Shown piece after piece: positions 9,239 through 19,909 of a stretch of DNA of 64,000 nucleotides. Origin of the DNA: an uncultured Clostridia bacterium (GTDB taxonomy: Bacteria > Bacillota > Clostridia > Christensenellales > Aristaeellaceae); the NCBI GenBank assembly GCA_946414315.1, contig CAMKNZ010000012.1, forward strand, positions 1,364-65,363, written 5' to 3'. Under the pieces are notes generated by a model that was not told the origin of the DNA, made no database searches, and was given only the letters and a program-made list of their open reading frames with translations. The translations under genes were made by a program, and so were the position numbers. Numbering within the stretch: the first letter of the stretch is position 1; every line of letters begins with the position of its first letter.

Positions 9239-12200
9239 AGCCCGACGGCTACGCCCAGCCCGACTCCTACGCCGACGCCGACGGCCACGCCTACGCCGAG
9301 CCCGACACCGAGTCCGACGCCGACACCCAGCCCGACGCCTACACCGACGCCCACACCTACGCCGACGGCAACCCCGACACCTACGCCGACCCCCACACCG
9401 ACGGCAACCCCGACGCCGAGTCCTACGCCTACACCGACGCCCACGCCTACGCCCGAACCGATCCTGACGGCGGAACTGATTGAGAAATACGGGATCACGG
9501 ACGATGATCTGAAACTGATCACCAATGTAACGATCATCGGCGACAAGGCTTATTTCTATAAACCCGGAGATGAATATGCCTTTACCGGAACACTGGACGA
9601 TTTCCTGGTGCGCAGCTATGACCACAATGACGTGCATTATTTCCTGAAGGAAGACGGCAGCGAGGTCGTGCGGGGATTCTATGACGACCTGTGGTTCCTG
9701 GACAGGATGCCCAGGCTCCGGTACCTGAATCTTGCGGCGGCGGACTTTGAAAGCCTGCCGGACATGCCGACCACGTCGCTGAACAACGTCCGGATCATGG
9801 GCTGCCATATTCCGGACCTCAAATGGCTCGAAGGATCAAGGATCTTTTCCCTGAACATGACGGACGTGCAGGACGGCCTTGATTTTTCTCCGCTGACAAC
9901 CTGTGAACAGATGCAGGACCTGAGCCTTGAGTTCGGTGACACGACCAGCGCGGACCTGACCGGCCTGGCGCCGAAAAAGCTGATCAATCTCTGGCTGACG
10001 GCCGGCGCGTTCCTGAACCGGATCAGCCTCGATTCGCTGGCAGCCTGTTTAAACCTGGATGACGTGCACCTGGGCAATCTGCCGATCACAAACCTGAATT
10101 TCCTGGAAGGGAAACAGTATGTGCACCGGCTGGAAGTCTGGAATTCAGACACCCTGTACGACATTTCAGCCCTTGCCTCCATGCCAGACCTGCGGGAGCT
10201 GAACCTGGGCGGATGCCGCCAGATCAGCAGTTTCCAGGCACTGACTGACAATACAAAACTGGAGTCCTTCCATTTTGACCAGGCCTGGGGCAATGATCTG
10301 AAAGATGCGTCTTTCCTTGAAAACAAAAAGAACCTGCATTGTATCCAGCTCTATGGCTGCAGGATCCGGAACCTGGATTTCCTGAAACAGATTATAAACA
10401 AGCGCGACCTGGACCTGGCGGTGCACGGGGATGTGAGCGACTGGTCCGCCCTGGAAGAGGTTCAGGGTTTCTCCAGGCTGAGCCTGAACGTCAGCCGCGA
10501 AAGCTATGAGACGATTCTTCCGTATCTGGAAGGGAAGAATATCAGCTGCCTGCAGCTGGAATGGATGAATGATATTGACCTGAGCCGGGTGCCGTCCAGG
10601 ACGGGGGAACTGCAGATCAGCGGTACCAACCTGACGGACCTGAGCGGCCTGCCGAACCTGAACCTGAGGAAACTGATCCTGTACGATATGCAGGAGCTTA
10701 CTTCCCTGAGCGGCATCGAAGCGCTGAAGGACAACCGGATTTTCAGGGCCCTGGAGATCACAGGCTGCCCGCGGCTGACGGACTGGAGCGCACTGGACGG
10801 GATGAAGATCAACGAATTATCACTGATCGGCACCTATACCATGCCGGATCTGGGCAGCATCAAACCCACCACCCTGCGGCTGGACAGCCTGGGCTGGCTG
10901 GAAGACCTGAGCTGCCTGGACGCGCTGGACGGGGACAGGGATTACAACCTTGACCTGCTGGGCCTGGACCTGGTCACGGATATGTCTCCGGTGAAGCGGC
11001 TGAAGGGTTACGACCTGCGGGTTTCACCCCTGCTGAAGGAACAGGCGGAATCCCTGGTGGAGGAAGGCCGGTTCCGGAACGTTGAGATCGTCTATCCCGA
11101 CAGCTGGTGGAACGTCTGGAAGGGCGAAGTAGAGCTGAAGAGCCTGGAGGAGCTGGATACCCTGCCCCTGGCCGCGCTCCGGCAGGTCAGGAATCTCACG
11201 CTGGCCGGCGACCTGGTGATCAACTGGGACGCTTACGACGTGTGGGAGAGATGGGAAGACGAGGGCCGGTACTATGTCCTGTATGACAAGTACAACGACG
11301 TGGAATGCCGGCTCGAGACCGGGACGATGACCGACCTGAGCCGCCTGAGCCAGCTGACGAGCCTGGTATCGCTGGAGATCACTGAGCAGCCGCTGACGAG
11401 CCTGGAAGGCATCGACGGGATGACGGAACTGGAAGAACTGAGGCTGCGGAACTGCCGTCAGCTGGAGGACATCTCCCCGGCGTTCGCACTGGAGCTGATC
11501 CGGCGGCTGGAACTGACAGACGTGCCCGTTTCTTCCATCCAGGGCATCCAGAACCTGTACGAGCTGCGGAGCCTGAGCCTGCATGATACGCATGTTTCGG
11601 ACATCTCACCGCTGGCCGGATGCGACCTGACTGCGGCTTACCGGGACGGCGGGCTCAGCCTGGACATCAAAAACCGGGAAGAATACATGGTGGCGGACTG
11701 CACGCCGCTGGAAAGCATTGAAAAGTTTGATTATGTTCCGCTGAATGAAGGGGATGTATATGACTGGCTGCCGCACATGCAGAACGCGGTAGTCAGCAAC
11801 CTGTGCATCGACAATATCCATACCGACCGGACGACCGACCTGACCCTGCTGGGCAGTGTAAAGGCAAAGAGCCTGCGGATCGACAGCTTTGACCAGCTGA
11901 ACAGCCTCCACGGACTGGAGGAACTGATCGCCTCCGGAACGCTGGAGGAACTGGAAATCCTCAGCTGCCCGCGTCTGACGGACTGGAGCGCGCTGGAGAG
12001 CGGATATCTGCCGAAACTGTGGCTGTATTCCACTTTCGACATCCCGGACATGAGCCGCATGGACATCGGAACGCTGCGGCTGGAGCAGCTGAACTGGCTG
12101 AAGGACCTGAAACAGCTGGAGACCATCGGCCAGGAACGGGAGATCAACATTGAGCTGGTAGACCTGGCCAACCTGAAGGACCTGAGCAGCCTGAAGAAGA

Positions 12201-15200
12201 TCAAGGGAAACCGGCTGGCCGTGACCGAAGACCTGCTGAAGCAAGCCCGGAACATCGCGGCCGGCGGCAGCTTCCGGTCCAGCGAGATCGCGGACGGGGA
12301 CGGCTGGGGCGCCAGCAACGACCAGTTCCAGCTGGTCAGCCTGGAAGAAATCGAGACCCTTCCGGAAAGCGTGCTCTCCCATGTGACCGAAGCATACCTT
12401 GTCGGAGACCGGCTGATCGACCGGAACTGGTACTGGACGGAATGGGACTGGGATCACGACCAGCCGATGAGAAGGATGTATGACAGGGAAAAGGACGAAT
12501 GGAGCCTGCCGGACTTCGGCACGATGCCGGACCTGACCTGCCTGGCCAAGCTGACCGGGCTGAAGACGCTGGAAATCGAAATGGCCGGAATTACTTCGCT
12601 GGCCGGCCTTGAGAACATGCCGGACCTGGAACAGCTGCATATCCGATGCGCGCCGAACCTGACCGACGTGAGCGTTGCCTGGGAACTGAAGAACCTGCAA
12701 AGCATCGAATTCAACATGACCGCCCTGGACTCCATCGACGGGGTTGAGAACCTGAAAATGCTGAGAGACTTCGGTGTATACGGATCGGGACTGAAGGACA
12801 TCTCCGTTCTGAAAAAATGTGATTTCAGCTACGCCTATCAGAACGGCGGGCTGAACATCGATCTGTCGATCGACAATGAGGCAGACGCGTCGCCTCTGGA
12901 AACGATCAAAAAGTTCAATTGGATCAACATTGGCGGGAACGAGCAGATCGATCAGTGGCTGCCGCATGTGCGGAACGCCGAAGCGCAGAATATGCAGCTG
13001 CGGGATTACAGCGGGACGCTGAACCTGGCGGAACTGCCCCATATTACGGAAAGGCTGGAACTGCACAATATTCCGGACCAGACGGACCTGAGCGGTCTGA
13101 AGGGGCCGGGTCCGCATACGCTCCAGCTGGACAACCTGCCGATGCTGACAAGCCTGGACGGGATCCGGGAACTGATCGGCGAGGGCGGGATCCGGGAGAT
13201 CCGGATCGGCGGCTGCCCGCGGCTGATGGACTGGAGCGCCGTGGAAGGCACGGACCTGGAGAAGATCGTGGTCTACGGCGACCTGGTATTTGTGCCGGAA
13301 AGCCTGCAGGATAAGGCGGGATGGACGAACGGCGACAACGAATGGTGGTCGGACAACGCGCAGTTTGTGCTGACGAGCCTGGACGAGCTGGACGAGCTGC
13401 CGGAGGGGGTGCTTGGAAGCATCCGGCAGCTATGGCTGGCCGGGAACGGCATCTATGACTGGGACAGCTACGGTACCTGGTGGTACGAGGAAAACGGAGA
13501 ACAGGTGGTGCAGCTGAACCGGTACGATTCGGACGAACACCATGTGGAGCATATGGGCACCATGACCGACCTGACCCGGCTTTCAAAACTGACCGGGCTG
13601 GAAGAGCTTTACCTGGACCTGCAGGGACTGACCTCGCTGGACGGCCTGGAAAACCTGACAAACCTGGAGGAGTTATGGCTCCGGACGGTTCCGAACCTGA
13701 AGGATATCTCCGCAATCGGAAACCTGCCGAATCTGAGGCGACTGCAGCTGCAGCTGAACAACGGCGAAAGAATGGAGAACCTGGATATACTCCGGACAAT
13801 GAAAAACCTGGAAAGCATCCGAATTTACGACAACGTCGCGGATATTTCCGCGCTGGCGGAATGTGACTTCAGCCACGCCTATGAAAACGGCGGCCTGGAT
13901 ATATATCTGTCCACGGAATGGGAGACAGACCTGACGCCGCTGGAGAGCATCCGCGAGATCAGTTCTTTCCAGCTGGACTGGGACAAACCCGGAAGATATT
14001 CATCCTATTTGCAGAACGCGGTCATCCATACCATTGACGTCAACGGAACGCCGGACCTGGGCCTGGATATCCTGCCGAAGGTGACGGACCGGCTGAGCCT
14101 GCATAATCTTCGGAACATCAAGGACCTGACCGGGCTGAAAGCCCCCGGGCCTCATACGCTCCAGCTGGACGACCTGCCGGACCTGGTAAGCCTGGACGGA
14201 ATCCGGGATATGATCGGAGAAGGCGGGATCCGGGAGATCCAAATCGGCGGCTGCCCGCGGATCGCGGACTGGAGCGCGCTGGAAGGAACGGACCTGGAGA
14301 AGATCCGGGTCTGCGGCGAGAAGGTGTATGTGCCTGAAAGCCTGCAGGACAAGGTGGAACGGATCGAAAGCTGGGACGGATGGTGGACGAATGACGAGGA
14401 CATCCTGTTCCAGGTGAACAGCGCGGAAGACCTGATGAGCCTGCCGGAGGCTGCCCGGCTGGGAATCAGAGAACTGTTTATCGCGGGCGGAGTCTTCTAT
14501 GACCCGCAGCGAAACCGGATCGAAAACCGCGGCGGAAACAATACCGTGGTGGTCAATGATAACGGCGACGAGCAGCGGGTCAGGATGGGAAAGGCCATGG
14601 ACCTGAGCTTCCTGAGTGAACTGAGCGGACTGACCCACCTGACGCTGATTATGGAACCGATCACGGACCTGGAAGCGCTGCGCCCGCTGACCCGGCTGAA
14701 GTACTTGAATGTCGGCAACTGTACCAAGCTGAAGGACATCTCCGCTGTCGCGGATATGCCGGAACTGGAAGAACTAGACCTGGACGGGACTGCCGTGACC
14801 AGCCTGGAATCGCTCCGGGGGCATACAAAGCTGAGGGTGCTGAACCTGAATGGCCTGAGGATTAAGGACCTGGAGATCCTGGGCGAGCTGGACTATGCCT
14901 GGGCGGAAGAACACGGCGGCGTGAACCTCAGCCTGACCGATCAAAGGATCAAGGACTTCTCCTTTATGTCCGCCATCCCGAAATTCAGCTGGCTGGGGAT
15001 CTCCGACCTGAAGCCGGAGCTCTGGATGGACGCCGTCAGCAGTTCCCGGATTCAGGGTATCTTCAACACCGCGTTCAAACAGGACCAGCTGGAACTGTTC
15101 CTGGAACAGCATCCGGAACTGGAACAGCTGCATATCCAGGACTGCAGGCAGGTGAAAGACGTGTCCATGCTGGACGATATGCCGAACCTGCAATTTGTGT

Positions 15201-15262
15201 TCCTGTCGGACAAGATGAAAAAGACGATGGAGGGAACGGAACATAGGTTTGAGATCAGGTGA
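8687..15262 (+). CDS. Degenerate TIR - TM - Pro/Thr stalk - giant multi-module LRR protein, 2191 aa (receptor 4)
   Basis: First about 184 aa essentially identical to receptor 3, followed by about five cap+LRR super-modules (recurring [11 protein letters not shown] and [15 protein letters not shown]-like motifs). Confidence 0.85.
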   Translation: MNKPYSGNGKPFILALFAEQDREKVLPVLEALEKKGLTLCGQDGKATEAQARKACTTVAFLSGHFAKDEGKQKAFFAADAAQLPVIPVKLDDAKQPDVLERAIMAKNSILAERYSTEELADRIAGAESLNPPKLTPAQTGGNRLRNILILAVALVAFIGALWAVNSRTHFLDPIIQQICPTPTPSPTATPSPTPTPTPTATPTPSPTPSPTPTPSPTPTPTPTPTPTATPTPTPTPTPTATPTPSPTPTPTPTPTPEPILTAELIEKYGITDDDLKLITNVTIIGDKAYFYKPGDEYAFTGTLDDFLVRSYDHNDVHYFLKEDGSEVVRGFYDDLWFLDRMPRLRYLNLAAADFESLPDMPTTSLNNVRIMGCHIPDLKWLEGSRIFSLNMTDVQDGLDFSPLTTCEQMQDLSLEFGDTTSADLTGLAPKKLINLWLTAGAFLNRISLDSLAACLNLDDVHLGNLPITNLNFLEGKQYVHRLEVWNSDTLYDISALASMPDLRELNLGGCRQISSFQALTDNTKLESFHFDQAWGNDLKDASFLENKKNLHCIQLYGCRIRNLDFLKQIINKRDLDLAVHGDVSDWSALEEVQGFSRLSLNVSRESYETILPYLEGKNISCLQLEWMNDIDLSRVPSRTGELQISGTNLTDLSGLPNLNLRKLILYDMQELTSLSGIEALKDNRIFRALEITGCPRLTDWSALDGMKINELSLIGTYTMPDLGSIKPTTLRLDSLGWLEDLSCLDALDGDRDYNLDLLGLDLVTDMSPVKRLKGYDLRVSPLLKEQAESLVEEGRFRNVEIVYPDSWWNVWKGEVELKSLEELDTLPLAALRQVRNLTLAGDLVINWDAYDVWERWEDEGRYYVLYDKYNDVECRLETGTMTDLSRLSQLTSLVSLEITEQPLTSLEGIDGMTELEELRLRNCRQLEDISPAFALELIRRLELTDVPVSSIQGIQNLYELRSLSLHDTHVSDISPLAGCDLTAAYRDGGLSLDIKNREEYMVADCTPLESIEKFDYVPLNEGDVYDWLPHMQNAVVSNLCIDNIHTDRTTDLTLLGSVKAKSLRIDSFDQLNSLHGLEELIASGTLEELEILSCPRLTDWSALESGYLPKLWLYSTFDIPDMSRMDIGTLRLEQLNWLKDLKQLETIGQEREINIELVDLANLKDLSSLKKIKGNRLAVTEDLLKQARNIAAGGSFRSSEIADGDGWGASNDQFQLVSLEEIETLPESVLSHVTEAYLVGDRLIDRNWYWTEWDWDHDQPMRRMYDREKDEWSLPDFGTMPDLTCLAKLTGLKTLEIEMAGITSLAGLENMPDLEQLHIRCAPNLTDVSVAWELKNLQSIEFNMTALDSIDGVENLKMLRDFGVYGSGLKDISVLKKCDFSYAYQNGGLNIDLSIDNEADASPLETIKKFNWINIGGNEQIDQWLPHVRNAEAQNMQLRDYSGTLNLAELPHITERLELHNIPDQTDLSGLKGPGPHTLQLDNLPMLTSLDGIRELIGEGGIREIRIGGCPRLMDWSAVEGTDLEKIVVYGDLVFVPESLQDKAGWTNGDNEWWSDNAQFVLTSLDELDELPEGVLGSIRQLWLAGNGIYDWDSYGTWWYEENGEQVVQLNRYDSDEHHVEHMGTMTDLTRLSKLTGLEELYLDLQGLTSLDGLENLTNLEELWLRTVPNLKDISAIGNLPNLRRLQLQLNNGERMENLDILRTMKNLESIRIYDNVADISALAECDFSHAYENGGLDIYLSTEWETDLTPLESIREISSFQLDWDKPGRYSSYLQNAVIHTIDVNGTPDLGLDILPKVTDRLSLHNLRNIKDLTGLKAPGPHTLQLDDLPDLVSLDGIRDMIGEGGIREIQIGGCPRIADWSALEGTDLEKIRVCGEKVYVPESLQDKVERIESWDGWWTNDEDILFQVNSAEDLMSLPEAARLGIRELFIAGGVFYDPQRNRIENRGGNNTVVVNDNGDEQRVRMGKAMDLSFLSELSGLTHLTLIMEPITDLEALRPLTRLKYLNVGNCTKLKDISAVADMPELEELDLDGTAVTSLESLRGHTKLRVLNLNGLRIKDLEILGELDYAWAEEHGGVNLSLTDQRIKDFSFMSAIPKFSWLGISDLKPELWMDAVSSSRIQGIFNTAFKQDQLELFLEQHPELEQLHIQDCRQVKDVSMLDDMPNLQFVFLSDKMKKTMEGTEHRFEIR
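9224..9457 (+). repeat. Pro/Thr low-complexity linker
   Basis: Same length as the linker of receptor 3, with scattered substitutions. Confidence 0.9.
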
Positions 15263-15271
15263 TCTTTTTCA

Positions 15272-15300
15272 TTGACAATCTCTGCGGATGGGGCTAAATT
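15272..15300 (+). promoter_or_regulatory. sigma70 promoter for the ABC exporter operon
   Basis: TTGACA-N17-TAAATT. Confidence 0.65.
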
Positions 15301-15343
15301 GGTCTCATCCGTTTTTTATGAGTTTGGAAGGAGAGGGCTCTCT

Positions 15344-17077
15344 TTGAAACACTGGTGGAAATATATCAGGCCGTACAAGGCCTGGTTCATTCTCGGCCCG
15401 CTGTGCATGATCGTGGAGGTTATCGGCGAGGTGCTGATGCCCATGCTGCTGGCCGGCGTAATCAACGCCGGAAACGCGGGTACGCTGACGGTGGGTTCCA
15501 GTATCGGGACGGCGGGACTGATGATCCTGACCGCCCTGTTCATGATGGCCGGCGGGATCGGCGGCGCCTATTTCAGCTCAAAGGCGAGCATCGCCTTCGC
15601 GGGGGATATCCGCAACGACCTGTATCGCAAGATCCAGAGTTTCTCTTTCGGCAATATTGACCGGTTCTCCACCGGTTCGCTGGTGACCCGGGTAACCAAC
15701 GACGTGACCCAGATGCAGAATTTTGTGGCCATGGTCATGCGGATGGCGCTGCGGGCGCCGGGCATGATGATCGGCGGCCTGATCATGGCGATCCGGCTGC
15801 GGTCGGATCTGGCCATGACCTTCCTGATCAGCATCCCGGTGCTGCTGGTATTCGTCGGCAGCAATATCCTGACCGCCTTTCCCCGGTTCAAGAACGTCCA
15901 GTCGAAAGTGGACGGCCTGAACTCCACCGTGCAGGAGAACATCACCAACGTGCGGGTGGTGAAATCCTTTGTGCGGGAAGAGGACGAAAACAAAAAGTTC
16001 CACAGGGCCAACGGCGACCTGAAGAACGCCCAGCTCCGGGCGATGCGGATCGTGATCCAGATGCAGCCGGTGACGACCCTGATCATGTATATCACGGTGA
16101 TCGCCGTCGCCTGGCAGGGACATACCCTGGTGCTCGGGAAGGAAATGGCCGTAGGCGACCTTTCCGCGTTTGTGAACTATGTGATCCAGATCCTGTCCTC
16201 CCTGATTATGGTCACCTTCCTGTTCATGATGTCTTCCCGGGCCATGGCCAGCGCCAAACGCATCCGGGAAGTGCTGGAAGAGGATCCGGACCTGAACGAC
16301 GACAACGCCGCACGGAAGGACCTGACCGTGAAGGAAGGCCGGGTGGAATTCCGCCATGTTTCCTTCCGCTATTACAAGCACAGCGAGGACAGCGTGCTGG
16401 ATGACATCAGCCTGAGTATTGAGCCGGGCAGCACGGTGGGGATTATCGGTTCCACGGGCTGCGGCAAGAGCACGCTGGTGAGCATGATCCCCCGGCTGTA
16501 CGACCCGGATGAGGGCGAGATCCTGGTGGACGGGGTCAATGTCAAAGACTACAGCCTGTATCACCTGCGCGAGGGCGTGGGCATGGTGCTGCAGAAGAAC
16601 GTGCTGTTCTCCGGCACGATCGCGGAAAACCTGCGCTGGGGCGACGAGGACGCCACGGACGAGGAGATGATTGCCGCGGCGACTTCCTCCCAGGCGGACA
16701 AGTTTGTTTCCACCTTCCTGCAGGGGTACGACTCCGAACTGGACAAGGGCGGCAACAACCTCTCCGGCGGCCAGAAGCAGCGGCTGTGCATCGCCCGGGC
16801 GCTGCTGAAAAAACCGAAGATCCTGATTCTGGACGATTCCACCTCCGCCGTGGATACGGCGACGGAGGCGCAGATACGCCATGCCTTCACCCATGAACTG
16901 GCGGGCAGCACGAAGATCATCATCGCCCAGCGAATCGCTTCCGTGATGGACGCGGACCGGATTATCGTCATGAACGAAGGAAAGATCACCGGCGTGGGCA
17001 CCCACGACGAGCTGCTGGAATCCAACACGGAATACCGTGAGATCGCCGAGAGCCAGCTCGGAAAGAAGGGGGCGTAA
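15344..17077 (+). CDS. ABC exporter, fused permease/ATPase (heterodimer subunit A, degenerate site)
   Basis: Six TM helices, Walker A GSTGCGKS, LSGGQKQR, Walker B ILDDS with Q switch; TTG start at 15344 after GGAAGGAG RBS. Confidence 0.92.
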   Translation: MKHWWKYIRPYKAWFILGPLCMIVEVIGEVLMPMLLAGVINAGNAGTLTVGSSIGTAGLMILTALFMMAGGIGGAYFSSKASIAFAGDIRNDLYRKIQSFSFGNIDRFSTGSLVTRVTNDVTQMQNFVAMVMRMALRAPGMMIGGLIMAIRLRSDLAMTFLISIPVLLVFVGSNILTAFPRFKNVQSKVDGLNSTVQENITNVRVVKSFVREEDENKKFHRANGDLKNAQLRAMRIVIQMQPVTTLIMYITVIAVAWQGHTLVLGKEMAVGDLSAFVNYVIQILSSLIMVTFLFMMSSRAMASAKRIREVLEEDPDLNDDNAARKDLTVKEGRVEFRHVSFRYYKHSEDSVLDDISLSIEPGSTVGIIGSTGCGKSTLVSMIPRLYDPDEGEILVDGVNVKDYSLYHLREGVGMVLQKNVLFSGTIAENLRWGDEDATDEEMIAAATSSQADKFVSTFLQGYDSELDKGGNNLSGGQKQRLCIARALLKKPKILILDDSTSAVDTATEAQIRHAFTHELAGSTKIIIAQRIASVMDADRIIVMNEGKITGVGTHDELLESNTEYREIAESQLGKKGA

Positions 17078-17080
17078 GCA

Positions 17081-19042
17081 ATGGCCAGATCGCTTGAACG
17101 CCTCCGGACCCAGTATGCCGCCAAACCCGGGGACATGATGAAACGGGGAGGGCCCGGTGGCGGCCCGCCCGGCCGTGGCATGACCGGCAAGCCCAAGAAC
17201 GCCCGGATGACGATCAGGAGGCTGCTGGGCTATGTCGGCAAATACTGGTATAAACTGGTACTGGTCCTGCTGTGCATGCTGCTGACCACGGTCACAAGCC
17301 TGTGCGGCGGATACCTGATGGCGCCGATTGTGGACCACCTGGCACTGGCGGTCAACCCGGACACGGTCATCACGATGAGTCCGTTTGAGCGGATCGCGGA
17401 CGGCATCCTGAACCGGATTACCGCGGGGGAAACCGTGCAGAACTGGATTGCTTCCGGCACGATCCAGGCGGTGTCAGCTTATGTGGCGGTTGCTCTGCTC
17501 GTGCTGGCGGTGATCTACCTGGTCGGCGTTGTGACCACTTATCTGCAGGCGCGGCTGATGATGTCCGTTTCCCTGAAGGTGATTGAAAACATCCGCAACG
17601 ACCTGTTTGAGAAAATGCAGACCCTGCCGGTGCGCTATTATGACAGCCATCCGACGGGCGAACTGATGAGCCGGTATACCAACGATATCGACAACATCGA
17701 CGTGATGATCAACAACTCCCTGGTCGGGCTGGTTTCCGGCCTGATCTCCCTGGTCGGAACCTTCATCTTCATGGTTACCACCAGCTGGGTGCTGACCCTG
17801 GTCACCATCGCGTTTATCCCGGTGTTCCTGTTCGGCGGCATGATGATCGCCAAGCGCAGCGCGAAGTATTACGCGGCGCAGCAGGCTGCCCTGGGCGCGG
17901 TGAACGGCTATATTGAAGAGACCGTGACGGGGCAGAAGGTCATCAAGGTCTTCAACCACGAGAGCGACTGCGTGGAAGAGTTCAGCCTGCTGAACGGCGA
18001 CCTGAAGGACAAACAGTTCGGCGCCCAGTTCTGGGGCGGGATCATGTGGCCTGTGATGGGCAACGTGAGCCAGGTGACCTTCGCGGTGACCATCGGTGTG
18101 GGCGGCATCCTGATGTGCACCGGCGGATTTACCCCCGGCGCGCTGACGGTGTTCGCCGGATACAGCCGGCAGTTCGCGATGCCGATCAACAACATGAGCC
18201 AGCAGGCGACCACCATCCTGGCGGCCCTGGCCGGTGCGGAGCGCGTGTTCGCCGTGATGGACGCGGAACCCGAGGTTCCGGACCTGGAGACCGCGGAAGC
18301 GACAGAGATCCGCGGCGATGTGGTGGTGGAGCATGTGACCTTCGGCTATGTGCCGGAGAAGACCGTGCTGAAGGATATCACCCTGTATGCCCATCCGGGC
18401 CAGAAGATCGCCTTCGTCGGATCCACCGGCGCCGGCAAAACCACGGTGACGAACCTGCTGAACCGCTTCTACGACATCGAAGAGGGCAGCATCACCATCG
18501 ACGGGAAAGACATTAAGGAATATCCGCGGGACTGGCTGCGGAAGAACATCGCCATGGTGCTGCAGGACACCCACCTGTTTACCGGCACCGTGCGGGAGAA
18601 TATCCGCTACGGCCGGCTGGACGCCACGGACGAAGAGGTGGAGGCGGCGGCGAAGCTGGCCAGCGCCCACAGCTTCATCATGCGGCTGGAGCATGGCTAT
18701 GACACGATGCTGGAAGGCGACGGCGCGAACCTGAGCCAGGGCCAGCGGCAGCTGCTGAACATCGCCCGGGCGGCAATCAGCAACGCGCCGATCCTGGTGC
18801 TGGACGAAGCCACCAGCAGCGTCGACACCCGTACAGAGCGGCACATTGAGCACGGCATGGACCGGCTGATGAAGAACCGGACTACCTTCGTGATCGCCCA
18901 CCGGTTGAGCACAGTCCGGAACGCGAACGCGATCATGGTGCTGGAAAAGGGCGAGATCATCGAACGGGGCACCCATGACGACCTGCTCGAAATGAAGGGC
19001 CGGTATTACGAACTGTATACGGGCAAGAAAGAACTGGACTAA
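17081..19042 (+). CDS. ABC exporter, fused permease/ATPase (heterodimer subunit B)
   Basis: GSTGAGKT, LSQGQRQ, VLDEATS, IAHRLST; TM287/288-type pair with the upstream gene. Confidence 0.93.
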   Translation: MARSLERLRTQYAAKPGDMMKRGGPGGGPPGRGMTGKPKNARMTIRRLLGYVGKYWYKLVLVLLCMLLTTVTSLCGGYLMAPIVDHLALAVNPDTVITMSPFERIADGILNRITAGETVQNWIASGTIQAVSAYVAVALLVLAVIYLVGVVTTYLQARLMMSVSLKVIENIRNDLFEKMQTLPVRYYDSHPTGELMSRYTNDIDNIDVMINNSLVGLVSGLISLVGTFIFMVTTSWVLTLVTIAFIPVFLFGGMMIAKRSAKYYAAQQAALGAVNGYIEETVTGQKVIKVFNHESDCVEEFSLLNGDLKDKQFGAQFWGGIMWPVMGNVSQVTFAVTIGVGGILMCTGGFTPGALTVFAGYSRQFAMPINNMSQQATTILAALAGAERVFAVMDAEPEVPDLETAEATEIRGDVVVEHVTFGYVPEKTVLKDITLYAHPGQKIAFVGSTGAGKTTVTNLLNRFYDIEEGSITIDGKDIKEYPRDWLRKNIAMVLQDTHLFTGTVRENIRYGRLDATDEEVEAAAKLASAHSFIMRLEHGYDTMLEGDGANLSQGQRQLLNIARAAISNAPILVLDEATSSVDTRTERHIEHGMDRLMKNRTTFVIAHRLSTVRNANAIMVLEKGEIIERGTHDDLLEMKGRYYELYTGKKELD

Positions 19043-19059
19043 GAGCAGCATATCTGCGG

Positions 19060-19155
19060 AGGGGAGATTCCCTGATCCCGCTGCGTTTCACCCGGAATGA
19101 CAACCAAGCACGTCATTCCGACCGGAGCCGGAGGCGGAGCGGAGGAATCTCCCCT
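19060..19155. repeat. REP-like palindromic element (inverted pair)
   Basis: AGGGGAGATTCC...CGGAATGAC-aaccaagcac-GTCATTCCG...GGAATCTCCCCT nested inverted repeats followed by a T run. Confidence 0.65.
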
Positions 19156-19199
19156 TCGTTTTTGGTCAGGGATTTAACACTTTTGGCATACAATCTTCA

Positions 19200-19228
19200 T
19201 TGAAATATTCGGCTTTCGAGCGTATAAT
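19200..19228 (+). promoter_or_regulatory. sigma70 promoter for the xpt-nucleoside ABC operon
   Basis: TTGAAA-N17-TATAAT. Confidence 0.7.
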
Positions 19229-19272
19229 TTTACTATCCCTAAAGGGAATGTTCGTGTTTTTGGGAGGAACCC

Positions 19273-19857
19273 ATGGAAGCACTGCGGCGGATGATCCTGG
19301 AAAAAGGCAAAGGAATCGGGAACGACATCGTGAAGGTGGACATGTTCCTGAACCACCGGATCGATACGGCGCTGCTGTTCGAAATGGGCCAGGCCTGGGC
19401 GGACGAATTCCGTGAGGAAAAGCCGGAACTGGTGCTGACGGTGGAAGCCAGCGGCATCGCGATGGCCGTGGCCGCGGCGCATGCGCTGGGAGATATCCCG
19501 GTGGTGTTCGCCAAAAAGAGCGCGACCGTGGTGCAGAACGACGACATGGTCCAGGCGCCGGTCTATTCCTTCACCCACAAGATACAGAACATGATCCGGA
19601 TCGAGAAGCAATACCTGCCGGAAGGCACAAGGGTGCTGATTATTGACGATTTCCTGGCGGACGGCCAGGCGGTCCGCGGGCTGATGAACCTGTGCTGGCA
19701 GCAGCAGGCGGTGATCGTCGGCGTCGGCATCGCGATCGAAAAAGGATTCCAGCCGGGCGGGAAAGCGCTGCGCGAGTCCGGCGTGCATCTCAAGTCTTTG
19801 GCAGTGGTCGACGGCATTCAGGACGGCAACATCGTCCTGCGGCCGGAGGACGACTGA
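19273..19857 (+). CDS. xpt: Xanthine phosphoribosyltransferase
   Basis: IVKVDMFLNHRID, LTVEASGIA, RVLIIDDFLADG PRPP motif, IEKGFQPG. Confidence 0.92.
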   Translation: MEALRRMILEKGKGIGNDIVKVDMFLNHRIDTALLFEMGQAWADEFREEKPELVLTVEASGIAMAVAAAHALGDIPVVFAKKSATVVQNDDMVQAPVYSFTHKIQNMIRIEKQYLPEGTRVLIIDDFLADGQAVRGLMNLCWQQQAVIVGVGIAIEKGFQPGGKALRESGVHLKSLAVVDGIQDGNIVLRPEDD

Positions 19858-19909
19858 TCCAATAGAAAACATTACTCCAACCCAAAAAGAAAGAGGAGGA
19901 CTTGAACAC

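Noticed and set aside
3844-9457. CRISPR-like or VNTR arrays
   Set aside because: The repeats are in-frame low-complexity coding linkers with no spacers; no cas genes.
4570-15262. Diversity-generating retroelement acting on the LRR genes
   Set aside because: No reverse transcriptase in the window, and the repeat pair covers the TIR-TM region without adenine-specific mismatches.
15344-19042. ABC exporter as part of the TIR-LRR system
   Set aside because: It has its own consensus promoter and is a generic heterodimeric exporter; adjacency alone is insufficient.
19229-19272. Purine riboswitch upstream of xpt
   Set aside because: The predicted promoter leaves only about 40 nt of leader, and no purine aptamer consensus is visible.
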